36,091 nt of DNA. Source: a virus. Lineage: Duplodnaviria > Caudoviricetes. Location of the stretch: positions 1-36,091 of the IMG/VR virus record IMGVR_UViG_3300044983_000100; one strand, given 5' to 3'. The notes under the pieces are model-generated. The model was given only the letters and a program-made list of their open reading frames with translations, searched no databases and was not told where the DNA came from. This document shows positions 1 through 8,524 of the stretch, piece after piece (positions within the stretch are counted from its first letter, which is position 1; the number at the start of each line of letters is the position of its first letter). The position numbers were made by a program, and so were the translations under genes.

Positions 1-20
1 CGCCGCCGCGGCCGCGCGGG
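1..20. other. Candidate cos site (10-nt core CGCCGCCGCG plus right flank)
   Basis: Joining the window end to its start gives CGCTCGGC[CGCCGCCGCG]GCCGCGCG. The flanks are a 7/8 inverted repeat around a 10-nt core, located between the HNH and terL genes, where 3'-cos sites normally lie. Confidence 0.55.
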
Positions 21-34
21 AAATCTCCCCCCCG

Positions 35-90
35 GTCGTCCGAAATCGAGTTTTGGGCGGCGGCTTGATCCAAAAAAGAGTTTTGGACGA
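35..90. repeat. Two tandem imperfect palindromes TCCRAAA-NNGAG-TTTTGG, 30 bp apart
   Basis: GAGTTTTGG at 48-56 and 78-86; TCCGAAA at 39-45 and TCCAAAA at 69-75 pair with the TTTTGG halves. Confidence 0.7.
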
Positions 91-1547
91 TGAAGGGCGT
101 CCAGGAGGCGTATCCCGCCGAGATCGTCGCGATCCGGAAGATGCCGTACGGATTGCGCGGCTTCCGCCGATTCGCGAAACTCCTCGGACTGAGGGTCTAC
201 CCGTTCCAGGCGTTCCTGCTCGCGTTCTACTTCGCCGGGGTGATCGAGCTCATCATCCTGATCCCGAAGAAGAACGGGAAGACGACGCTCCTGTCGGTCC
301 TCGCGCTCTACCACCTGCTGATGATCCCCCGAGCCGAGGCGGTGATCGGGGCGGCGTCGAAGGAGCAGGCGGCGATCCTCCATCGGCAGGCGACGCTCCT
401 GATCGAGTCCGCCGGCCTCGAGCGCCGAGCTCTCCCGCACGAGTACGGGAAGCGCGCCGGACCGACCCGGTACGAGGGAGTCTTCGAGGTCCGCGAAGGG
501 ATGCACGTCATCCGGTTCGAGCAGGGCCGGCTCCGGGTCATGCCGCACGAAGCGCGCACCGGGGACGGCGTGATCCCGACGCTCGCGCTCGTCGACGAGC
601 TCCACCGGCATCCGACGGGTGAGCTGTACCAGGTCTGGCGGAACGGTCTGCTCGCCGGCTCGCAGATGATCACGATCTCGACCGCGGGCTCCGATCTCGA
701 CTCGCCTCTCGGGAAACTGCTCACGAAGGCCCGGGAGAGCTACGCGGTCGAGAAGGTTCGCAAGCGCCGGACGTACCGCTCCCCGAGCGGGCAGGTCGTC
801 CTCGTCGAGTACGCGCTCGATCCCGACGACGACCCGGACGATATGAGGCTGGTCCTCCAGGCGAACCCGGCGCCGTGGGTCACGCGGGAGGTCCTCCAGG
901 GCCGGAAAGACTCGCCGATGGAGACGGTCGGGTCCTGGGCGCGGCTCGCCTGCAACCTCTGGATCGCGGGCGACGACGGGCCGGTCGTCGACGGGCCGAC
1001 CTGGGACGCGCTGCGGGTCGACGTCGGCGGCCTCGCGGACGGGGATACGGTCTACCTCGCGACCCGCATCACGCAGCAGGGCGGCGTAGGGATCGGGATC
1101 GCCGCGCCGAAACCGGAGGGCCGGATCGCGGTCCGCGCCGAGATGCTCCCGTACGACTTTCCCGGCCTCGAGTTCGCGTTGCGGCGGCTCGCGGATAGGT
1201 ACGACGTCCGCGTGATCTACGGGTACGCGCCGCAATACGGCCTCGGGGGCGTCCAGGTCATCACCGACGGCGGGCTTCCGCTCGAGGATCAGGCCCAGTC
1301 GCCGAGGGTCCTGATGGAGGCGACCTCGACCTTCATGGCGTTAGTCGCGTCCGGGAAGCTGATCCACGACGGGGACCCCGAGCTCCGCAAGCAAGTGATG
1401 TCCGCGCTCGTCAAGGAGGCTCCCACGGGCTCTTACTTCGTTCCGTCGAAAGAGGTCCAGGGGTTGATCGCCGTGATCCTCGCGGCGGACCAGGCCTCGC
1501 AGCCTCCGAGCAAGCCGACGATCCACGTCTGGAAGGGGACCGGCTGA
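90..1547 (+). CDS. terL: Terminase large subunit (HK97/Terminase_1 type); nuclease domain appears degenerate
   Basis: Walker A IPKKNGKTT, Walker B LALVDELH, coupling motif ITISTAG, C-terminal IHDGDPEL; lies upstream of the portal gene. Confidence 0.93.
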   Translation: MKGVQEAYPAEIVAIRKMPYGLRGFRRFAKLLGLRVYPFQAFLLAFYFAGVIELIILIPKKNGKTTLLSVLALYHLLMIPRAEAVIGAASKEQAAILHRQATLLIESAGLERRALPHEYGKRAGPTRYEGVFEVREGMHVIRFEQGRLRVMPHEARTGDGVIPTLALVDELHRHPTGELYQVWRNGLLAGSQMITISTAGSDLDSPLGKLLTKARESYAVEKVRKRRTYRSPSGQVVLVEYALDPDDDPDDMRLVLQANPAPWVTREVLQGRKDSPMETVGSWARLACNLWIAGDDGPVVDGPTWDALRVDVGGLADGDTVYLATRITQQGGVGIGIAAPKPEGRIAVRAEMLPYDFPGLEFALRRLADRYDVRVIYGYAPQYGLGGVQVITDGGLPLEDQAQSPRVLMEATSTFMALVASGKLIHDGDPELRKQVMSALVKEAPTGSYFVPSKEVQGLIAVILAADQASQPPSKPTIHVWKGTG

Positions 1548-2821
1548 TGGGCCTATGGTCCTGGCTGACCGGCGGCGTCAACCACTCCGGCGAGATCGCG
1601 AACGCGAACCCCCCGGCAACCCCGTCGACCGTCGGAGCCGGCGAAGCAAGCGGCGACCCGAACGGGGTCGAGATCGTCGGCCCCGACGTCGAGGCGCGGT
1701 CCCTGCCGGCGTTCTATCCGTCGCCGTGGAACGGCTGGCCCTCGAGCTGGTCGACGCCGAACTGGGACGGCGAGTCGAGGTTCAATGAGCTGATCGACGT
1801 CGCATGGACCTGCATGGATAAGAACGCTTCGGTCCTCTCGACGCTGCCGGTGTTCAAGACCCGCGGCGGGAAGGTCATGTCGCCGAGCTCCTGGATGATC
1901 AACCCCGACCCGTCGATCTACTCCTCCTGGGAGGAGTTCGCGAACCAGCTCTTCTGGGACGTTCAACTCGGCGAGGCGTTCATCGTGGCGATGAGCCGAT
2001 TCTCGGACGACTACCCGATGCGCTTCCGCGTGATCCCCGGGTGGGCGTTCCACGTCGAGATGGTCGGCGGTGTTCGCCGATACAAGCTCGGGGGCGAGAC
2101 CGGGATCGACGTCACAGAGGACGTCCTTCACATCCGGTACAAGTCGACGACCGACAGCGCGCACGGCGTCGGTCCGCTCGAGGTCGCTGGCGGGAGGATG
2201 CTCACCGCGGGGCTGATCGCGAAGTACGTCCGGGAGATGGCCGCGACCGGCGGGGTTCCGACCCGGACCATCGAGGCGGCCGACGCTCTGACGCCGGACG
2301 AAGCCCAGAGGCTGATGGACGCCTACATGACGGCGCGGGTCCAGAACGCGACCGCGCCGCCCGTCTTCGACAACGGGGCGACGCTCAAGGATCACCCCGC
2401 GGTGTCCCCGAAAGAGATGGCGATGCACGAGCTCGAGCAGTTCAACGAGGCTCGGATCGCCGTCCTGCTGGGCGTCCCGCCGTTCCTCGTCGGGCTTCCC
2501 TCCGGCGGAGACTCGATGACGTACTCGAACGTCTCGACGCTGTTCGACTACCACGACCGTCAGAAGCTCCGGTCGCTCGCCGTCAAGGTGATGAGCGCGC
2601 TCTCGTACTGGGCGCTCCCGCTCGGCCAGCAGGTCGAGATCAACCGCGACGAATACAGTCGGCCGCCGTTCGATCAGCGCGCGGAGGCCTGGTCGAAGCT
2701 GATCGCGTCGGGCGTGATCACGCCGGAGGATGTCGCGGTGTACGAGAACTTCCAGGGCGCGGCGCCGGGTCTGCCGACCGTGACCGAGCCGATGGACGCG
2801 ATCACCGGCGGCGAACAGTAG
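1547..2821 (+). CDS. Portal protein, HK97 family
   Basis: 424 aa with DVLHIRY, GVGPL, IAVLLGVPPFLVG and TYSNV motifs; overlaps the terL stop codon. Confidence 0.93.
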   Translation: MGLWSWLTGGVNHSGEIANANPPATPSTVGAGEASGDPNGVEIVGPDVEARSLPAFYPSPWNGWPSSWSTPNWDGESRFNELIDVAWTCMDKNASVLSTLPVFKTRGGKVMSPSSWMINPDPSIYSSWEEFANQLFWDVQLGEAFIVAMSRFSDDYPMRFRVIPGWAFHVEMVGGVRRYKLGGETGIDVTEDVLHIRYKSTTDSAHGVGPLEVAGGRMLTAGLIAKYVREMAATGGVPTRTIEAADALTPDEAQRLMDAYMTARVQNATAPPVFDNGATLKDHPAVSPKEMAMHELEQFNEARIAVLLGVPPFLVGLPSGGDSMTYSNVSTLFDYHDRQKLRSLAVKVMSALSYWALPLGQQVEINRDEYSRPPFDQRAEAWSKLIASGVITPEDVAVYENFQGAAPGLPTVTEPMDAITGGEQ

Positions 2822-2841
2822 TGCCGAGGAGGCGATGACCT

Positions 2842-3600
2842 ATCCCGTGGCACATCGAGAAGCGCGACGACGAATACTGCGTGATCAAGGACGCCGACGG
2901 GAAGACCGCCGGCTGCCATCCGACCGAGGAGAAGGCGAAGGCGCAGCTCGCGGCGTTGTACGCCTCGGAGAAGACCGAGAGCCGTAAGGAGGCGCCGATC
3001 GAGTCGCGGGCGGCGACCGTCGAGGGCGTGAACTTCCCGGAGCGCCTGATCGAGGTGCTTGCGATTCCGTACGAGCAGGAGGCGATCGTCGAGTACCGCG
3101 GGCAGATATGGCGCGAGACGATCGAGCGCGGTGCGTTCGACGGGATCGAGAAACGGCCGGAGAAGTTCCAGGTCCAGGTCTTCCGAGGCCATGAGGCCGG
3201 AGAGCATTTCCAGAGCAGGCCGGAAACCTCGGGCCTGATCGGGAAGGTCGTCAGCTTCGCGCCCGAGCCGCCCGAGGGGCTGATCGCGAAGGCGAAGATC
3301 GCGAAGACCCCGCTCGGAGACGAGACCCTGACGCTCGCCGACGAGGGCGTCCTCGGCGTGTCCGTCGCCTTCGGGGTACGAGGCTCCGATCAGGTGCTCG
3401 ACCGGATACACCAGAAGCGTCGTATCCGGCGGGCGTTCGTCGATCACCTCGCGTTCCCGGACCGCGGGGCGTACCAAGGCGCGCAGGTGCTCGACGTCCG
3501 CAGCAAGCGGCGTCAAGCCGAGGAGCTCGCGCCGCTGGAAACCCCGCGCCTCGACGAGGTCGTGGCGTGGATGGAGGAGCGAAGGCTCCGCTCGCACTAG
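2842..3600 (+). CDS. Prohead maturation protease (HK97 gp4-like) with short N-terminal domain; start probably non-canonical (ATC 2842), GTG 2881 is the alternative
   Basis: ETIERGAFDG, FRGH, GVSVAF and DHLAFPDRGAYQGAQVLDVR motifs; the frame reads PWHIEKRDDEYCVIK upstream of GTG 2881; SD GAGGAGG at 2826-2832. Confidence 0.85.
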   Translation: MPWHIEKRDDEYCVIKDADGKTAGCHPTEEKAKAQLAALYASEKTESRKEAPIESRAATVEGVNFPERLIEVLAIPYEQEAIVEYRGQIWRETIERGAFDGIEKRPEKFQVQVFRGHEAGEHFQSRPETSGLIGKVVSFAPEPPEGLIAKAKIAKTPLGDETLTLADEGVLGVSVAFGVRGSDQVLDRIHQKRRIRRAFVDHLAFPDRGAYQGAQVLDVRSKRRQAEELAPLETPRLDEVVAWMEERRLRSH

Positions 3601-3725
3601 GGACCCCTCGTAGGAGGAAGGTCGCGCGCAGGCGCGGCGGGTCGGTGCTCGTTGGCCGAGAGGGCCGAGACCTATCCGTAGGCGCGCGCCCGCGCGCCCG
3701 AACCTCCGAAAGGGGGGAACCGCTG

Positions 3726-4958
3726 GTGGAAGAGAACACCAAGACCGATGCCATGATCAATCGGCTCGAGCGAGAGATCGCCGAACGCGATTCGTTCATC
3801 CAGGGCACGGTCGCCAACGCGCAGGACACCGAGCGCGACCTGACCACCTCCGAACAGGAGCTGGTCACGGAGTCTCGGAAGCGCATCGAGGTCGTCGAGG
3901 AGCAACTCGACTCGCTCCGCGCCGCCTCGGTGCGATCGCAGCAGGCCCGACAGAAGGCCGCCGATGTCCAGGCCCAGATGGCGAAGATGCGCCATGAGGT
4001 CGACCAGGGCGAGATCAGCTATCGCTCGGCCGGCGAGTACGTGATGGATCAATACAACGGGCACCTCGGCGATCGGCAGGCGTTGGAGCGCCTGGAGATC
4101 TACAACCGTGCGGCAGCGCACCAGAAGACCTCGGACAACGCCGGGCTCATCCCGACGCCGATCCTGGATGGAGTGATCAACTTCATCGACGCGGCTCGGC
4201 CTCTGGTCAGCCTCATCGGACCCCGGTCGATGCCGGCCGCCACATGGTTCCGACCCCTGGTGACCCAGGGAACGTCGGTGGCGGTCCAGGGGTCGGCGGG
4301 AGCGGCAGCGGATGAAAAGGCCGAGCTCGTGTCGCAGAAGATGACGATCTCCAAGCTCACGGCGAACGCTGTGACCTACGGCGGATACGTCAACGTCTCC
4401 CGGCAGAACATCGACTTCTCGGCGCCGGGGATCATGGACACGATCATCAACGACCTCGCCGCTCGGTACGCCGTGCAGACGGAGGCGGCGCTCGGGACCA
4501 ACCTCGACGCCTCCACGTCGACGAACGTCGGCTACGGTGCTTCTCCGACCGCCGCGACGATCCGTGCGGCGCTCTGGACGGCAGCGTCGACGGTCTACAC
4601 GGCCACCGCCGGCCTGGGTCGGGTCGTCTTGGCGCTGTCGCCCGGACGCCTTCCGGTGTTCGGTCCGCTGTTCGCCCCGATCGTGAGCGTTGCCCAGACC
4701 GGAGACGGTCTGTCCGCGGGCGACTTCTCGCAGGGCCTGATCGGTGCCGTCGCCGGGATCCCGACGTACATGTCGGCCGGCCTCGGCACGAACAAGGCCT
4801 TCCTGTTCTCGACCGCCGCGGTGGAGGTCTACGAGCAGAGGGTCGGAACGCTCCAGGTGACCGAGCCTTCGGTGCTCGGCGTCCAGGTGGCATACGCGGG
4901 CTACTTCACGCCGCTGCGTCTCGTGGACAACGGCGTTATCGAGCTCACCGCAACGTAA
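3726..4958 (+). CDS. Major capsid protein, HK97 fold, with N-terminal coiled-coil delta domain
   Basis: GTG 3726 after AGGGGGG; coiled-coil first ~100 aa; GLIPTPI, TYGGYVNVSRQNID; position after the protease. Confidence 0.92.
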   Translation: MEENTKTDAMINRLEREIAERDSFIQGTVANAQDTERDLTTSEQELVTESRKRIEVVEEQLDSLRAASVRSQQARQKAADVQAQMAKMRHEVDQGEISYRSAGEYVMDQYNGHLGDRQALERLEIYNRAAAHQKTSDNAGLIPTPILDGVINFIDAARPLVSLIGPRSMPAATWFRPLVTQGTSVAVQGSAGAAADEKAELVSQKMTISKLTANAVTYGGYVNVSRQNIDFSAPGIMDTIINDLAARYAVQTEAALGTNLDASTSTNVGYGASPTAATIRAALWTAASTVYTATAGLGRVVLALSPGRLPVFGPLFAPIVSVAQTGDGLSAGDFSQGLIGAVAGIPTYMSAGLGTNKAFLFSTAAVEVYEQRVGTLQVTEPSVLGVQVAYAGYFTPLRLVDNGVIELTAT

Positions 4959-4962
4959 GCAG

Positions 4963-5014
4963 TCCCGGCTCCGGGGGCGGGGCCATCATCTGCATCCCCG
5001 CCCCCGTACCGGGG
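4963..5014 (+). terminator. Long GC hairpin after the capsid gene (terminator or mRNA stabiliser)
   Basis: CGGGGGCGGGG 4972-4982 pairs with CCCCGCCCCCG 4996-5006, with an outer CCCGG/CCGGG extension; no U-tract. Confidence 0.6.
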
Positions 5015-5035
5015 AGACCGAAAGGAGAAGAGGGA

Positions 5036-5365
5036 ATGGCGGAGGACATCAGCGTCAAGGCCGACCCGACCCCCGACCCGACGCCGGAGGAAGCGGCGCG
5101 GCTGCGGCTGCAGCTCGAGCGCGACCTCGCCATGCAGGAAGGGATCGGAAGGACCGACGAGGCCAAGGCGATCAAGGCGCGGCTCAAGGATCTCCCCGCG
5201 CCGGCAGCCCCGGTCGAGATCGAGGCCGAGGCCGAGGAGTCCGACTTCGGAACCGGGAACTATGAGGACCGGACGGTCGCGCAGCTCAAGGCGCTCGCCT
5301 CGAGCAAGGGCCTCCCGACCTCCGGCACCAAGGATGACCTGATCGCGACCCTCAGGGAGGGCTGA
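5036..5365 (+). CDS. Small head-region protein with C-terminal SAP/HeH-like domain
   Basis: YEDRTVAQLKALASSKGLPTSGTKDDLIATL; SD AAGGAGAAG. Confidence 0.8.
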   Translation: MAEDISVKADPTPDPTPEEAARLRLQLERDLAMQEGIGRTDEAKAIKARLKDLPAPAAPVEIEAEAEESDFGTGNYEDRTVAQLKALASSKGLPTSGTKDDLIATLREG

Positions 5366-5673
5366 TGGCTACCACGATCTTCCGCAGAGACCATCTCCTT
5401 CGGCGCATCCTCAACCCGGGGACGACGGCGACGGACTACCTCGGCCGTCTGACCACGGCCACGCTCGACTCGACCGGCCGAGCGCTGGTCGCGATCGACT
5501 GGCCGGGAGCGGTTGCGAACGCACTCAACGACTACGTGGACATCGTCGCGACGAGGATCGTCTACAAGTGCGTGGCCGCCGGCACGTCCGCGGCGGGAAC
5601 TCCGACCGCTCCGGGGGTAGGGAACACCGTCGTCAGTGGGACGACAACGTGGCTCCAGATGACGAACGGCTAG
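5365..5673 (+). CDS. Putative head decoration protein with CBM5/12-like C-terminus
   Basis: W...VYKCVAAGTS...P...GTTTW pattern; translationally coupled. Confidence 0.6.
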   Translation: MATTIFRRDHLLRRILNPGTTATDYLGRLTTATLDSTGRALVAIDWPGAVANALNDYVDIVATRIVYKCVAAGTSAAGTPTAPGVGNTVVSGTTTWLQMTNG

Positions 5674-6297
5674 ATGACCTACGCCGTCGCCGCCGACTTC
5701 CGGGAGGCTTCGAGGAAGCCCTGGACGAAGTCCCTCGTCCTGACCGAGGGCGACTGCTCCGACGCCGAGCTCGACCTCCTGATCGCGCAGGTTGCCGGGC
5801 TGATCGAGCTCGAGCTTGACGACGACTTCGATCCCCCGAACCCGGACAACGACGAGACGATCATCGTCGAGGGAACGATCGGGTCGCGGCTGTGGGTCCC
5901 TCGCCGCGTTCGGTCTCTGACCTCCGTCGGGACCCGGAGCCTCGCCGGCGTCGTGACCGCTATCTCCTCGACGGCGTACCGACTCCACTCGTCACTCGTC
6001 GGCGGGACGGCGATGGTCGACGGGAACCGGAAGCGGGACTGGCTCGACTCGCTCTCCTCGACGACGTGGGCGGACGACGGTGTTCAGCTCGTCGGGAAGT
6101 TCGGCTGGGCCGCTCCCCCGAACGACATCCGGAGGCTCGTCGCGCTCCGGGTGTACGACATGGTCAAGCCGACGGGCGACCCGCTCTCGTCCGTCGTGCA
6201 GCGACAGACCGCGGATGGCTCGCTGGTGATGGGCGAGAGCCGGGAGATGGCGCGGATCGTCGCGGCCTACGGCCGGAAGATGGCGGTCACGGCGTGA
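5674..6297 (+). CDS. Head-tail adaptor/connector
   Basis: MTYA start, GKFGWAAPPNDIR motif, synteny. Confidence 0.75.
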   Translation: MTYAVAADFREASRKPWTKSLVLTEGDCSDAELDLLIAQVAGLIELELDDDFDPPNPDNDETIIVEGTIGSRLWVPRRVRSLTSVGTRSLAGVVTAISSTAYRLHSSLVGGTAMVDGNRKRDWLDSLSSTTWADDGVQLVGKFGWAAPPNDIRRLVALRVYDMVKPTGDPLSSVVQRQTADGSLVMGESREMARIVAAYGRKMAVTA

Positions 6298-6662
6298 ACG
6301 CCGTCGTGATCTGGCACCCCGAGCCGCTGACCGCGAAGCTGACCCTTGCCGCGGCCCCGGCCCGCGTGCAGTGGGCGGCGCTCGCCCGCGCGCGGTGTAC
6401 GTCGAAGCGGGTGTCGTCCTCGATCCGGGTCGCGGGGGACGTCGTCGCGGCGACGCACCCGCTGGCGCCGATCATCGAGAAAGGCTCCGGCCCGCATACG
6501 ATCGGGGAGCGGGGGAAGGTGCTCCGGCTCGCGGACGGCCGGTTCATCACCGGCCCGGTCAAGCACCCGGGGACGCCGGCGAAGCCGTTCCTCCGTCCGA
6601 CCTTGCCCGCCTGGGTTCCGCTCTATCGACGCGCGGCGATGGGTGCGTTCCGTGGCTTCTGA
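6294..6662 (+). CDS. HK97 gp10-like neck/tail completion protein
   Basis: GTGA overlap; IIEKGSGPH and VKHPGTPAKPFLRP motifs. Confidence 0.75.
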   Translation: MNAVVIWHPEPLTAKLTLAAAPARVQWAALARARCTSKRVSSSIRVAGDVVAATHPLAPIIEKGSGPHTIGERGKVLRLADGRFITGPVKHPGTPAKPFLRPTLPAWVPLYRRAAMGAFRGF

Positions 6663-7128
6663 CTGGTCGACGTTCATCGACGCGGTCGTCGACGATCTGA
6701 CGTCGCTCGTCCCCGCCTTCGCCGACCCGTCGCTGATCGTCCATCGCTATTCGCCGTACGACCCCGGGCAGCTCGTCGCCGACGCGGGGGAGCGGCACCT
6801 CTCGGTCTTCGTCGTCGCGGACGTCCCGGAAGAGTCGACCCCGTTCACGACGGCGCCGGGCGGGTCGTTACTGACCCAGACCTACCGGATCGTCTACTGG
6901 GAGCACGCCGGCGACGAGTCGAGCCGGGGCATCTCGGAGGAGCAGGCGGCGGCCGCGCTGCTCGAGCTCGCGCAGGCGACGCGCGACCGTTTCTTCGTCA
7001 TCGCGAACCTGACGCTCGCCGACGCGACCCAGGTCCGGTACCTCGGCATCCAGTTCGCGGAGCGCTCGGGTTCGGTCCGGTGGTTCGCCCTCGGCGTACG
7101 GGCGATCCGAGTCAAGCAGGCGACGTAG
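6652..7128 (+). CDS. Putative tail terminator
   Basis: GTG 6652 (MASDWSTFIDAVVDDL), 158 aa, position before the tail tube gene. Confidence 0.6.
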   Translation: MASDWSTFIDAVVDDLTSLVPAFADPSLIVHRYSPYDPGQLVADAGERHLSVFVVADVPEESTPFTTAPGGSLLTQTYRIVYWEHAGDESSRGISEEQAAAALLELAQATRDRFFVIANLTLADATQVRYLGIQFAERSGSVRWFALGVRAIRVKQAT

Positions 7129-7139
7129 GAGGAGGAACG

Positions 7140-7352
7140 ATGCCGAAGTACAAGGCCGAGCCCGGGACCGAGGTCAACGGAGTCGATCACCAGGGCAACG
7201 TCTGGCCGAAGCCGTTCGTCTTCGGCAAGGACGGGACGCTCTCGGTCCCCGACGACCAGCAGGACGTCGTCTCCGCGCTCGAGTCGGCGGCCGATGCCGG
7301 AGCGATCAAACGAGTCAAGGAGCCCGCGCGCTCCCCGAACGAGAAGGAGTAG
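7140..7352 (+). CDS. Small hypothetical tail-region protein
   Basis: Strong SD AGGAGGAGG before ATG 7140; 70 aa. Confidence 0.75.
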   Translation: MPKYKAEPGTEVNGVDHQGNVWPKPFVFGKDGTLSVPDDQQDVVSALESAADAGAIKRVKEPARSPNEKE

Positions 7353-7355
7353 CAG

Positions 7356-8357
7356 ATGCCGATCGCACCCTCCGCAGGGGCGTACGAAGTCGGGATCGCG
7401 AAGCAGACGAACGAGTCGACGATCCCGTCCGTCGCGACCTACTCGATGCCGGTCTTCTCCGGCCGTCCGAGGCCGGTCCAGACGACGTCGCGTGTCGAGG
7501 TCACCGATGCCGCGTCGATCGTCGGCGACGAATACAAGAACCCCGACGTGCACTGGGAAGCCGATATCACCGTGCCCGCCTTCGCCGCCCCGCTCGGGCT
7601 GCTGCTCGTCGCGCTCTGGCCGACGGACACGATCACCGGCGCCGGCCCGCTCTACACGCACACGTACTCGGGTCTCGGCGCGACCGCGCCCTGGATCGCG
7701 ATGTACGACGACTTCACGAACGCGACGAAGAAGGCGACGTACGAGGCCGGCCAGTGTTCGGGGATAACGTTCTCCTGCACCGAGGCCGGCGGCCCGCTCC
7801 AAATCGGCTTCCGCGCGGTCGGGAAGCGCCCGATTGACGCGACGTATACCGTCACGACCGCGGCGAGCCTCGCCGACGGGTACTTCCAGGCGGTCGGCGC
7901 GACGATGCAGTTCGATGAGGATACATCGACCCCCATCACGCACACGAACATCCAGCAGCTCTCGGTCAACGTCGACAAGCCGATCAACGCGCTCGCGACC
8001 GTCAACGGCGCCTCGGTCTCGAACCTCGGGATCACCCGCCTGACGCCGTCGATGACCATGTCTCTTTACTGGGAGAACTGGGAGGCCTACAAGAACACGT
8101 TCTTCGGGACGATCACGGGCACGACCCCGCTCTCGACGTACCAGTCGGGCAAGGTCGTCTTCAACTTCGTCCACACGACCCAGCCGACCTGGACGTTCGC
8201 GCTGTCGCTGGACAAGGTCTGGCTGCGTATCACGCCCCCCGACCCGGACGCGGCCGGCAACCCGCTGATCCTCGCGGTCGAGGGCTCGGTCCTCAAGCCG
8301 GCCTCGGGCGACCACGTCAAGCCGGTCCTCGCGAACGGCGTCACCCCGGCGTACTAA
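7356..8357 (+). CDS. Major tail (tube) protein
   Basis: 333 aa, T/S-rich beta protein with VGIAKQT and YTHTY; precedes the chaperones and TMP. Confidence 0.85.
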   Translation: MPIAPSAGAYEVGIAKQTNESTIPSVATYSMPVFSGRPRPVQTTSRVEVTDAASIVGDEYKNPDVHWEADITVPAFAAPLGLLLVALWPTDTITGAGPLYTHTYSGLGATAPWIAMYDDFTNATKKATYEAGQCSGITFSCTEAGGPLQIGFRAVGKRPIDATYTVTTAASLADGYFQAVGATMQFDEDTSTPITHTNIQQLSVNVDKPINALATVNGASVSNLGITRLTPSMTMSLYWENWEAYKNTFFGTITGTTPLSTYQSGKVVFNFVHTTQPTWTFALSLDKVWLRITPPDPDAAGNPLILAVEGSVLKPASGDHVKPVLANGVTPAY

Positions 8358-8524
8358 GTCCTGGACCAGAACGTCCACCAGGCCCAAATCCACCGGCCCA
8401 GGGATTCCTTCAAGTATGCCCAAGCAAACATCGGGTCCCCTTCCTAGGACCCGACCCTATCACCCCCCCATCGAGACGCCGCACGCGCTCCGTCCCCCGG
8501 AGCCGCGGCGAAAGGGAGGCACAG

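Noticed and set aside
53-622. ORF that, on circularisation, starts at ATG 36051 (overlapping the HNH stop) and crosses the junction; considered as TerS or a TerL extension
   Set aside because: The product is low-complexity Arg/Pro-rich and overlaps terL out of frame; joining it to TerL would need an unsupported +1 shift.
3567-3725. 53-aa N-terminal extension of the capsid ORF given in the track
   Set aside because: It overlaps the protease end and a structured leader; GTG 3726 has the SD.
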